Shown: positions 7,687 to 16,445 of the stretch, one piece after another | How the letters are laid out: each line of letters begins with the position of its first letter | How positions within the stretch are numbered: the stretch's first letter is position 1 | DNA from: Candidatus Hydrogenedentota bacterium | Lineage (GTDB): Bacteria; Hydrogenedentota; Hydrogenedentia; Hydrogenedentales; SLHB01 | Assembly: GCA_045863295.1 (NCBI GenBank) | Contig: BTWA01000048.1 | Location: 1-35,182, forward strand | Length of the DNA stretch: 35,182 nucleotides | Direction of reading: 5' to 3' | The notes under the pieces: model-generated | Database searches by the model: none | Seen by the model: the letters and a program-made list of their open reading frames with translations, nothing else | What the model was told of the DNA's origin: nothing | Position numbers and translations under genes: made by a program

Positions 7687-8778
7687 ATGAAGAAATCTAC
7701 CCAGGGTCCGGAGATCATCGGGGATATTGGGCGATCGCTGAATTTCAAGGATATTGCCTCGACATTGCGCAATCTGCTTTTGATAGTGGTGGTAGTGTCC
7801 ATTGGCCTTTGGTTCTTTCTCGGGGGGCCGGTCTATACGGTGGGACCCGACGAAGAGGGCCTTGTACTTCGATTTGGACGGTACATCAAAAGTGCGCAAC
7901 CGGGCTTCTACTTTAAGATGCCTTGGCCGATTAATAGCGTGGAAAAAGTAAACGTGCGCGCCGTGCGCCGGTTGGAGTTCGGCTATACATCGTACAGCGA
8001 TAACGGGCAGACCAACTACCAGGACTTCCGCGACAGCCCAGCACTGCTGGACGAGGCCCGCATGCTTACCGGGGATGAAAATGTGGTGGATTGCAGCATG
8101 GCGGTGCAGTATCAAGTAACCAATGCGACAGCCTATGCCTTCAATTTTGATTCGGCGGAAGACGTGGAAAAGGCGCTGCGCGATATAGGTGAATCCGCAT
8201 TGCGAAAAGCGGTTGGCGACCGGCCGATCGATCATGTGTTGACCACGCGCAAGGAAGAGATACAAGTCGAGATCAAAGAGAATATGCAGATGCTTGCGAC
8301 CAAATACGGCGCGGGTGTAACGATTTCGGAAGTGCAATTGCAGGACGTAAAACCTCCCGATACGGTGGAGGCGTCCTTTCAGGAAGTAGCGTCGTCTCGC
8401 GAAATGCGGGAAAAGTTGATCAACGAGGCGCTTGCCTACCAGAGCGAGAAGCTGCCGCAAGCAGAAGGCGAGGCGGAACGCATTAAACAAGAGGCGTTGG
8501 GATACAAGGAGGCGTTGATTGCGGAGGTCAAGGGCGACGTATCGCGCTTTCAGGCACTTGCAGCGGAGTACACGGCATCCCCGGAAATCACTCGGACTCG
8601 ATTGTATTTGGAAGCGATGTCGGAATTGGTGCCCAAGGTTCGGCTAACGGTCATCGATGAATCAGCGGGAATCGTAAACTTGAAGCAACTTCAAGGCGGC
8701 ACGCTCAACTTGCCTGAGGGTTACGAGTATCGCAATTCGGACGGAACGCCGGTGTCGCAGGAAGGGCAATCTCAATGA
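7687..8778 (+). CDS. hflK: FtsH protease modulator HflK (SPFH domain)
   Basis: N-terminal TM helix, YTVGPDEEGLVLRFG, MLTGDENVV, LQDVKPP..V..SF, and PEITRTRLYLEAM. GAGGG RBS precedes ATG 7687. Confidence 0.92.
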   Translation: MKKSTQGPEIIGDIGRSLNFKDIASTLRNLLLIVVVVSIGLWFFLGGPVYTVGPDEEGLVLRFGRYIKSAQPGFYFKMPWPINSVEKVNVRAVRRLEFGYTSYSDNGQTNYQDFRDSPALLDEARMLTGDENVVDCSMAVQYQVTNATAYAFNFDSAEDVEKALRDIGESALRKAVGDRPIDHVLTTRKEEIQVEIKENMQMLATKYGAGVTISEVQLQDVKPPDTVEASFQEVASSREMREKLINEALAYQSEKLPQAEGEAERIKQEALGYKEALIAEVKGDVSRFQALAAEYTASPEITRTRLYLEAMSELVPKVRLTVIDESAGIVNLKQLQGGTLNLPEGYEYRNSDGTPVSQEGQSQ

Positions 8779-9878
8779 GACCGAAACTCATAATCACCGC
8801 ATTTCTGGCCATTGTCATTGCCGGGTTTGCCGGCATGAAATCGTTCACGTTTGTAGTGACCGAGCGCGATCAGGTCGTGGTTACACGTCTGAACAAGCCG
8901 GTAAGGGTCATTTTTGGGAACCGGCCCGCCGAGGAGATGGAGCAGATCCGTGCCGGTATCGTCGAAACCGCCCGAAACCTGCAGAGCGCGGGAAAGGCGG
9001 ACGCAGCCGACATCGCGGTGGAGATGGGCGCGGGGATCTATTTCCGGGCGCCATTCATGGATACGGTCGAGTATTTTCCCGATACGCTTCTTGAATACGA
9101 CGCAGAGCCGGAGCAGATTGTCACGCGAGACAAGAAGATCGTGAATCTCGACAATTATGCCCGGTGGCGCATTGAGAATCCGCTGCTATTCCGGGTGAGC
9201 GTCCGTACAGTTGCGAGTGCCCGGGACCGCCTGGACGAGAACATCTATTCCATCATCCGTGCTGAGGTCGGCAAAAAGGACCTGATTGAGATTATCCGCA
9301 CCACAAACAACTACATTCGGGAAGACGAGCTGTCTGTGGAGGAGAAGGAAGTCGCGGAAGTAGCATCCGACATGCCGCAAAATGTGCAGATGAGCAATCC
9401 CATGAAGCAACCCATCGTGGATGGACGGGAAGCGATCATGGAGCGAGTCTCCTCCCTTGCGGACGCGACGGCACGCGATCGGTTTGGAATTCGCGTGGTC
9501 GATGTGCGCATCAAGCGCGCAGACCTGGTGCAATCCAACCTGCAGGCGGTGTTTGAGCGTATGCGCGCGGAGCGAAGCCGGTTGTCCAAGGCCTACTTAA
9601 GCATGGGCCGCCGGGAAGCAGACATCATCGAAGCGGAAACGGATCGTCGCGTTGAGGTCATATTGGCGCAGGCGCAGCAGGAAGCAAAAACAATACGTGG
9701 CGAGGGTGATGCGGAAGCAATCCGCACCTTTGCGGCGGCATTTGGAACCAATCACGAGTTTTACCAGTTTCTGCGAACATTGGAAGTAATGCGAGACGCG
9801 ACGCCGCTCGGCAGTGAGTTGATTATTGGGATGCAATCGGGTCTGTATTCAATGCTCGAATTTGAGTCTCGTCCTTAA
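8775..9878 (+). CDS. hflC: FtsH protease modulator HflC (SPFH domain)
   Basis: TM helix, IVTRDKKIVNLDNYARWRI, GIRVVDVRIKRADL, VFERMRAER, and GEGDAEA..FYQFLRTLE. ATGA overlap with hflK. Confidence 0.92.
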   Translation: MRPKLIITAFLAIVIAGFAGMKSFTFVVTERDQVVVTRLNKPVRVIFGNRPAEEMEQIRAGIVETARNLQSAGKADAADIAVEMGAGIYFRAPFMDTVEYFPDTLLEYDAEPEQIVTRDKKIVNLDNYARWRIENPLLFRVSVRTVASARDRLDENIYSIIRAEVGKKDLIEIIRTTNNYIREDELSVEEKEVAEVASDMPQNVQMSNPMKQPIVDGREAIMERVSSLADATARDRFGIRVVDVRIKRADLVQSNLQAVFERMRAERSRLSKAYLSMGRREADIIEAETDRRVEVILAQAQQEAKTIRGEGDAEAIRTFAAAFGTNHEFYQFLRTLEVMRDATPLGSELIIGMQSGLYSMLEFESRP

Positions 9879-9918
9879 TCCGGTACACTGTTTTGTGTGG
9901 AGACGGAAGTGGCCGAAC

Positions 9919-10995
9919 CTATTCGTTTCCCTTTTCAATCCGGATCCGGTCAAACTCACCGGCAGTGTCCAGAAACGCATCGACGACGTCCGGGTCAAAA
10001 TGCTTGCCTTTGCCTTCCAAGATGATTTCCGTGCTCTTTTCGTGCGAGAAAGGAGGCTTATAGCAGCGCACACTGGTCAAGGCATCGTAGACGTCGGCCA
10101 AGGCCATGATGCGCGCAGACAATGGAATGCGCTCACCCGCGATTCCATCCGGATAACCAGTTCCGTCCCATTTCTCGTGATGCCAATGGGCAATGGCCAT
10201 ACCCATGAGGAGGAACGCATTGGACGGGTGTCGTTCAGTCACTTCCTGAATCGTTTCCGCGCCCCGCGTCGTGTGGCTCTTCATGACCGTGTATTCTTCG
10301 TCGGTCAATTTGCCTTGCTTGCACAACACACTGTCTGGGATGGCCACTTTGCCGATGTCATGAAGGGGGCTGGCGAAGACAATCGTCTCGATATAATCGT
10401 TGTCTATAAGGCTTTTGAATTTCTCCTTTGATCCGAGATTTTCGGCCAGCACGCGACAGTAATGTTGAACACGTTCCAAGTGCTTTCCTGTGTCGCCGTC
10501 TCGGGACTCTGCGAGTTTGGAGAGCGCGAATATGGTGGACATGTGCGAGTCGGCGATTTCATCCACCTGTTGTTCGACGATTTCCTCCAGGTCATCCCGA
10601 TACCGTTTCAGTTCAAGGTGATTCCGCACGCGTGCCTTCACTATCGCAGGCCGGAAAGGTTTCGTGACATAGTCTACCGCGCCCAGAGCCAGTCCTTTCG
10701 CCTCATTTTCCTCCTCAGTTAACGCGGTAATAAATATGACCGGGATGTTTTTCGTCCGCACGTCGTTTTTGAGCTGAGCGCAAACTTCATACCCGTCGAT
10801 TCCAGGCATCATGACGTCCAGTAGAATAATGTCGGGCGTGGGCTCGGCCGTCGCCAGAGTGAGCGCCTTTTCGCCGTTGGTTGCAGCGAGAATGGCGTAC
10901 TCGTCCTTCAACGTATTCATCAGGATGTGAATGTTGTCAGGAGTGTCATCCACGATGAGGATCCGTTGTTTTCCGTGCCCGGAAGCCATATTCAT
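9919..10995 (-). CDS. Response regulator REC + HD-GYP cyclic dinucleotide phosphodiesterase (RpfG-like)
   Basis: ILIVDD, LLDVMMP and KP receiver motifs, then LAESRD..TGKHLERV, LHDIGK, HHEKWDGTGYP and ADVYDAL...R.YK. Confidence 0.93.
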   Translation of the reverse strand: MNMASGHGKQRILIVDDTPDNIHILMNTLKDEYAILAATNGEKALTLATAEPTPDIILLDVMMPGIDGYEVCAQLKNDVRTKNIPVIFITALTEEENEAKGLALGAVDYVTKPFRPAIVKARVRNHLELKRYRDDLEEIVEQQVDEIADSHMSTIFALSKLAESRDGDTGKHLERVQHYCRVLAENLGSKEKFKSLIDNDYIETIVFASPLHDIGKVAIPDSVLCKQGKLTDEEYTVMKSHTTRGAETIQEVTERHPSNAFLLMGMAIAHWHHEKWDGTGYPDGIAGERIPLSARIMALADVYDALTSVRCYKPPFSHEKSTEIILEGKGKHFDPDVVDAFLDTAGEFDRIRIEKGNE

Positions 10996-13900
10996 TTCTC
11001 CTTTTGAACGGCCTGAATGGCCTCAGCGAGTTCCTGCAACACCTGGGCTGCCCGATCGGTGTCAAAATTCTCGAAGGCCCTTTCGACATCATGCAACCGG
11101 TCTTGTAATGGCGTACCGTGCAATAATGATTTCAGGTCCTCGACCCGCTCCATTGCCACGGAATAGTCCTCAACCAACATACGGCCTGCCTCATGTATCA
11201 GTCCCAATCCCTTCGCCGGATCAAAGTCGCCGTTGCCGCCATTCGCCGTTTGCTTTGGGTGCGTTTCAACCTTATCCAATAAGCCGACGGAATGGACGAC
11301 TATCTGCAAGTACTTCCGGAAGTCTGCGAGTTCTGTTTCGAGGTCATTGATGGACGTGCCGCTCTTGATGGCAGACTCCAGGACAGCCGCCACCTTATAC
11401 ACCGCGCTAGCCCCGATATTGCCGGCCGATCCCTTCATGGAATGGGCAATACGGGCGGCCAATTCGCGGTCACCGGCGCGCAAGGCTTCGGCTATTTCGT
11501 CTGCGGAAGAAGCGTTACGGTCCCGGAACTGCCGCAACAACTTAACATACAGTTTGCGGTTTCCTCCCACACGGGCGATGCCTTCGCTGACGGCTATTCC
11601 ATCCAAATCCCCAGCCGGCCAATCGGCTTCAGTTCCAATGTCCTGCTGCGCCGGTTTGGGCGCGCGTTGGGAAGCCGTATCCGCGCGGCCAGATGGTGCC
11701 CATTGGTGTAGCGTCGCGAACAGCTCATCCGGATCGATCGGTTTGGCTACATGCGCATTCATCCCCGCCGCGAGGCACCGCTCCCGGTCTCCTGCCATGG
11801 CGTTTGCGGTCATGGCAATGATGGGTAGCGTCTTAAAAGCAGGCAATGAACGAATCGACTTCGTGGCCGCGTAGCCGTCGAGGACGGGCATTTGTATGTC
11901 CATCAATACGACATCGTAATCGGCGGATTGAACCATTGTCACGGCTTCTTGTCCATTGGACGCTATGGTGACTGAAACGCCGGCACCCTGCAACAGTTCT
12001 TCCGCCACTTGCTGATTGATTTCGTTGTCTTCCACAAGGAGAACCCGCAGTCCGTCCAGTCCGGCCGTGGCCGATTCATTGGCCGCGGTCAGGGCTTGGT
12101 CGGAAGGGCGGCCGGAAAGCCCGGCGATGTACATTACCGTATCAAACAGGGCCGATTCGCTGACCGGTTTGGCAAGTACAGCACCGATTCCGGCTTGTTC
12201 GGCTTCGCGGACCGCTTCGTCTTTTCCATACGCTGTAACGAGAATGATTCCAGGCTTCGACGTTATCCGATCGGAGTCACGAATGGCTTTGGCGGCGTCA
12301 ATACCGTTCATTTCGGGCATTTGCCAGTCCATAAGCACCAAATCAAAAGGGTCTCCACCGAGACCTTTCGTCAGACAAGTAATTGCCTTTTGACCGGAAT
12401 CGACCGATTGAACCTGGAACGACATCGACTGCAACATGTTTTCCAGGACTTCCCTGGAACGCGCATTGTCGTCCACGACGAGAACGCGCATGCCGCGCAG
12501 GTCGGGCGCGCCGGACCTGTAAATTGGAGTCGATTCGTCTGGATCGTCAAACCTTGCAGTAAAGCTGAATGTACTTCCGGCCCCCGGCGTGCTTGTTACG
12601 GAGATGGTCCCTCGCATGAGTTCGACCAATCGCTTGCTGATGGTCAGACCGAGCCCCGTGCCGCCATAACGCCTTGTTGTCGATCCATCGGCCTGGGTGA
12701 ACGGTTGAAATAGCCGGGCCATTTGTTCGTCCGTCATACCGATTCCGGAGTCTGTAATTGAAAAGCGCAGGACGCACCCTTTCTCGACCAATTCAATGAG
12801 GCGAGTTTTTATAACGATTTCGCCGGCGTCCGTGAATTTGACGGCGTTCGATGCAAGATTCAGCAAAACTTGCCCCAACCGTAACGGATCTCCAACAAGC
12901 ATTCTGGGAACATCGACCGGGGTGTCAAACAGCACCTCGACATGGTCTTTCTCTGCAGCCTTGACGGAAATCAGGTTGGCAAGATGGTTCAGAACGTCGT
13001 CAAGATTAAACACTACGGATTCCATTTCGAGGCGACCGGCCTCGATCTTGGAGAAGTCCAGGATGTCATTGATAATGCCGAGCAGGGAATTTGCGGATGC
13101 AAGGGTTTTTGAAAGATAGTCCTGTTGCTTTGGGCTAAGTTCCGTCTTTAACGCAAGCCGGGTCATGCCGATGATGGCATTCATGGGCGTGCGAATCTCG
13201 TGCGACATGGTGGCAAGAAATTCGCTCTTGGCCCGGTTGGCCGCTTCCGCCGCGTTTCGAGCCTCGGTAATCTCCTGCTCCGCTTCATGTTCCTGTGTAA
13301 TGTCCCTGGTAACAGCAACGATGTGAGAGACCACATCGCTTTCATTGCGGTAAGGGAACATTTTTACTTCGCAGAACCTCCGGCCCAAACCGGGAAAGTC
13401 TATCCAGCGGCGGTAAACCACGGTTCTACCTTCGAAGCACGGTTCCATCACATCGCGAATCTCGCGATCGAACGCGCCGCCGCCCCACACCTCGGCTAAC
13501 GTCTTGCCGATTACCGTTTCCCTGCTGGCGTTCATGGCACGCAGCCATGCCTCGTTTACTGCAAGTAGCCGGAATTCGCGGTCGAGGAAACTCATGTTGT
13601 CCTCGACCGCATTGGCGATGAACTCAAACCGTGCGCTGTATTCGCGGCTTTGTCGCAACGCATCCTCGGCCACGCGCCGTTCCGTGACATCAGAGACAAC
13701 GCCGTCGATCCATTTGGGTTGCCCTTCGTCGTCATAGGCGATGCGCCCGCGTTCCCCCATCCAGTGGACGGAACCTGACTTTCCCACGATTCGGTATCCG
13801 ATAGAATAGGCCGCCCTATCCGTATTGGCTTGGTCAATCGTTTTCCGGACCATCTCCAAGTCATCGGGGTGAACTAGGCTGGCAAACGTCCTGATACGGT

Positions 13901-14843
13901 TTTGAACGAAATCCTCCGGGTCGTAACCGGTCGCTTCGCGGATGGACTCGCTGATGAACAGCATGGTGCGATTCTCATCGTAAAGACAGCGAAAGGTCAC
14001 GCCGGGAATGTTGGTTACGAGCGTGCGAAACTGCTCTTCCTTTTCTCGCAATGCTTCTTCAACCGCCGTTCGCAAAGCGATTTCCCTTTGCGCGGCCACC
14101 AGTTCTCGTTCCGATTTTGCGCTTCTCTGCAGGATGGCGAAGACCCGTCCACGTCCGAGATCCACGCCGTGCACTCTGCGTTGCCAAGCCACGTAGGCCG
14201 TTAAAATTGGCGCCACCCAAACTGAAACAATGAATCGGTCGGCCAGACTTCCGAGGACATAGGCTTTGAAGATGGCCGCGTCACCGTATGCGAGGCCCAG
14301 GTAAAGAACGGTATCGAGAAAAAGCGTGCCCGAAAGCGTCAAGAACACACGAACCAGTAGAATTCGCGTGGGTTTGAATCGATGAAGCGATTCCCAAACG
14401 AATGCCAGAAACAGCAAGTCACAGAAAGCCGCGAATGCGGACGCAAGATACCCGCGAATCTCCACGGGCGGCAGTTGCACCACGGATACGCTCAATCCGG
14501 AGGCAAGCTGCACATCCAAAATGCGTTGGGCCGCATAAGTGCCAAGGATCAGCACGCAAACGGTCAGCATGGCCATGCGAGCGGCGGCCGACCCATCAAA
14601 AACATAGATGGCGAAGATGCCGATCAGCAGTCCCGAAAAGAGCGTGGACCCCCAAAATATGACGATTGGGCCCATGGGCAGGCGCGCACCAAGGATGGAC
14701 GCCCACATCATCAAGCAGGTGATGAAGCCGAGCGTAATGTAGGTGGGGGCCAAACTTAATTGGGTGCGAAATGCGTGGACGGCTAGGACCAACCCGTAGA
14801 TCAAGAGTGCCGTGCTCATCCAGACCGCAAATGTTAGGAGCAT
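10992..14843 (-). CDS. Hybrid sensor histidine kinase: multi-TM domain, PAS, PAS, HisKA, HATPase, REC, REC, HPt
   Basis: About 220-aa hydrophobic N-terminus, two PAS/PAC domains (VHPDD...DVTER; TRDIT), [11 protein letters not shown]-box, N/G1/F/G2 boxes, two receivers and AHSMKG HPt. ATGA overlap with the HD-GYP gene. Confidence 0.93.
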   Translation of the reverse strand: MLLTFAVWMSTALLIYGLVLAVHAFRTQLSLAPTYITLGFITCLMMWASILGARLPMGPIVIFWGSTLFSGLLIGIFAIYVFDGSAAARMAMLTVCVLILGTYAAQRILDVQLASGLSVSVVQLPPVEIRGYLASAFAAFCDLLFLAFVWESLHRFKPTRILLVRVFLTLSGTLFLDTVLYLGLAYGDAAIFKAYVLGSLADRFIVSVWVAPILTAYVAWQRRVHGVDLGRGRVFAILQRSAKSERELVAAQREIALRTAVEEALREKEEQFRTLVTNIPGVTFRCLYDENRTMLFISESIREATGYDPEDFVQNRIRTFASLVHPDDLEMVRKTIDQANTDRAAYSIGYRIVGKSGSVHWMGERGRIAYDDEGQPKWIDGVVSDVTERRVAEDALRQSREYSARFEFIANAVEDNMSFLDREFRLLAVNEAWLRAMNASRETVIGKTLAEVWGGGAFDREIRDVMEPCFEGRTVVYRRWIDFPGLGRRFCEVKMFPYRNESDVVSHIVAVTRDITQEHEAEQEITEARNAAEAANRAKSEFLATMSHEIRTPMNAIIGMTRLALKTELSPKQQDYLSKTLASANSLLGIINDILDFSKIEAGRLEMESVVFNLDDVLNHLANLISVKAAEKDHVEVLFDTPVDVPRMLVGDPLRLGQVLLNLASNAVKFTDAGEIVIKTRLIELVEKGCVLRFSITDSGIGMTDEQMARLFQPFTQADGSTTRRYGGTGLGLTISKRLVELMRGTISVTSTPGAGSTFSFTARFDDPDESTPIYRSGAPDLRGMRVLVVDDNARSREVLENMLQSMSFQVQSVDSGQKAITCLTKGLGGDPFDLVLMDWQMPEMNGIDAAKAIRDSDRITSKPGIILVTAYGKDEAVREAEQAGIGAVLAKPVSESALFDTVMYIAGLSGRPSDQALTAANESATAGLDGLRVLLVEDNEINQQVAEELLQGAGVSVTIASNGQEAVTMVQSADYDVVLMDIQMPVLDGYAATKSIRSLPAFKTLPIIAMTANAMAGDRERCLAAGMNAHVAKPIDPDELFATLHQWAPSGRADTASQRAPKPAQQDIGTEADWPAGDLDGIAVSEGIARVGGNRKLYVKLLRQFRDRNASSADEIAEALRAGDRELAARIAHSMKGSAGNIGASAVYKVAAVLESAIKSGTSINDLETELADFRKYLQIVVHSVGLLDKVETHPKQTANGGNGDFDPAKGLGLIHEAGRMLVEDYSVAMERVEDLKSLLHGTPLQDRLHDVERAFENFDTDRAAQVLQELAEAIQAVQKEK

Positions 14844-14957
14844 GGCGCCTTTACTCCAGGCAGTCGCATTTCTTCCTGGTTCCGGACCCGATGGTTCGGA
14901 TGCACTAATATTGGTATCACCAATTCGCCTGCCGCAAACTCAGCCCACTTGCATCCA

Positions 14958-14986
14958 ATAGTACCCCAGTTCGAAAGTTTTCGCAA
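14958..14986 (-). promoter_or_regulatory. Sigma70-type promoter of the kinase/HD-GYP operon
   Basis: TTGCGA (14986-14981), 17-bp spacer, TACTAT (14963-14958). Confidence 0.55.
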
Positions 14987-15004
14987 AACATAGCATTGGT
15001 ATGA

Positions 15005-15044
15005 CCGTGCAACGGCACGGGAATTGGCGTCCGGATGCCCGGAC
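15005..15044 (-). terminator. Two tandem short hairpins after the PHP-like gene (possible terminator or stabiliser)
   Basis: CCGTGC-aacg-GCACGG (15005-15020) and GTCCGG-atgc-CCGGAC (15029-15044) lie immediately after the stop at 15048. There is no clean U-tract. Confidence 0.35.
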
Positions 15045-15047
15045 CCT

Positions 15048-16415
15048 TCACGCCGGAGACGCGGGGTAAGGCGGCATCGCCGGGGAAACGCTTTGAATGT
15101 ATATTGGATTCGTGTACACCCAGGGAGTCCAATCACCGAGTATATCGACATAGGCTTCCATTCGATATACGCCTTCCTCGGAAATGGCGTATTCAAACCG
15201 TCTACCTTCCTGCTCGGCGATCTTCTCGCCATTTCGGACCAAGCGGAACTTCACGGGCAAGGGCGATTCGGCATGGAAGATCGTCCCATCGGAATACGGC
15301 ATCGACTCGCCCATAACCGATTGTGCGCCATCCGTCTTGGCCAGAAACACGAATCCGCGTGCGTCGGCGATCATGTCAAACGCAATAAACGCCCTGCCGG
15401 ATTTCAAGGCGTCGACAAGCGAAGATTCCGTTAATTCTTTCGCAAGCAGGTGAGTATTCACAAAGCGCAGGCTGCGCTGATAGCGATCAAGATCGAACCG
15501 GAAGAGTTGCCGGCCGGGTTCCAACCTGCCAAACAGCAGCCGCAGGCCCAGTTTCTTTATGCCGTTGAGCGGATAGTCTCCGATAATATCCGTTCCTGTG
15601 GTGCGCACAAGGAGGGTATCACGATCCGTGTATGTAGCCCGAATGCCGTTGTTTTGATGCGCATCATTTGCCGATATCCCGACCACCCGGCGCGTCTGGT
15701 TCAGTGTATCCCAGTGGGCGAGGATGTCTTCTTGCGGATCAAACAATAGGCGCATGGCCTGATCAGGGTATTTGCCGAGTGACAATACGAGATCGGGCAA
15801 CATGCCTCCGTAGCTCTCGTCCTTGAAGTCGGTGTGAATGTTGTAGATTTCCATGCCCGTATAGTAAGGCGAATCCCAGGGACGCTCCTCCTCCGAGTGG
15901 GCATAAAACAACACGCCGCCGCGACTCACGATTTCTTCCGCCAGTGGCAAAGGTTCGGCGTTGCAATCAACGATGGTGTCGTCCGGCAGTCCCCAAGGCA
16001 TGTATCCGCCCGACATTTCAAAGCCCCTTACAAACAGTACGCCATCGTGGTCGCCCTTCCAGCCCCGGCTAAAGTCGCCCATACCCATGGCGCAATGATC
16101 GCTCATGAACAGGAAATCGATATCGGCTTCCTTGGCCGCGGCAAGCACTTCTTCGAAAGGTACTTCGCTGTCATGCGACAAAAGCGAATGGCTGTGCAGG
16201 CAACCACGAAATTCAGTCCATTCCGTGACAAGCGTGGGTTCAATGCGCTGAGCTTGAAGGTTCTGCCATGCTTCCGCCTGATTAGGAAACTCGATGAAAC
16301 GGCGGCCCAGCGAGTCCCGAAAAAGGATGGCGAGGGCAAACGCGGATACGAAAATAAGCAAGAGGATCGCGCCTGTGCACCAGCGCACTATTTTAAGCAG
16401 TTTCTTCATGACCAT
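15048..16415 (-). CDS. Membrane-anchored PHP-like metal-dependent hydrolase (CehA/McbA-like)
   Basis: N-terminal TM helix, G-LHSHS..SHDS, FLFMSDH, G-E, AH, GMEIYN and ANDAH metal-ligand motifs, followed by a C-terminal beta domain ending WVYTNPIY. Confidence 0.75.
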   Translation of the reverse strand: MVMKKLLKIVRWCTGAILLLIFVSAFALAILFRDSLGRRFIEFPNQAEAWQNLQAQRIEPTLVTEWTEFRGCLHSHSLLSHDSEVPFEEVLAAAKEADIDFLFMSDHCAMGMGDFSRGWKGDHDGVLFVRGFEMSGGYMPWGLPDDTIVDCNAEPLPLAEEIVSRGGVLFYAHSEEERPWDSPYYTGMEIYNIHTDFKDESYGGMLPDLVLSLGKYPDQAMRLLFDPQEDILAHWDTLNQTRRVVGISANDAHQNNGIRATYTDRDTLLVRTTGTDIIGDYPLNGIKKLGLRLLFGRLEPGRQLFRFDLDRYQRSLRFVNTHLLAKELTESSLVDALKSGRAFIAFDMIADARGFVFLAKTDGAQSVMGESMPYSDGTIFHAESPLPVKFRLVRNGEKIAEQEGRRFEYAISEEGVYRMEAYVDILGDWTPWVYTNPIYIQSVSPAMPPYPASPA

Positions 16416-16445
16416 TATTCCAAATATCGAGTAGCACCAGTTCCG

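Noticed and set aside
14844..14957. Possible preQ1 or other riboswitch in the kinase leader
   Set aside because: There is no preQ1 consensus. The GGATGCA/TGCATCC stem would straddle the predicted transcription start.
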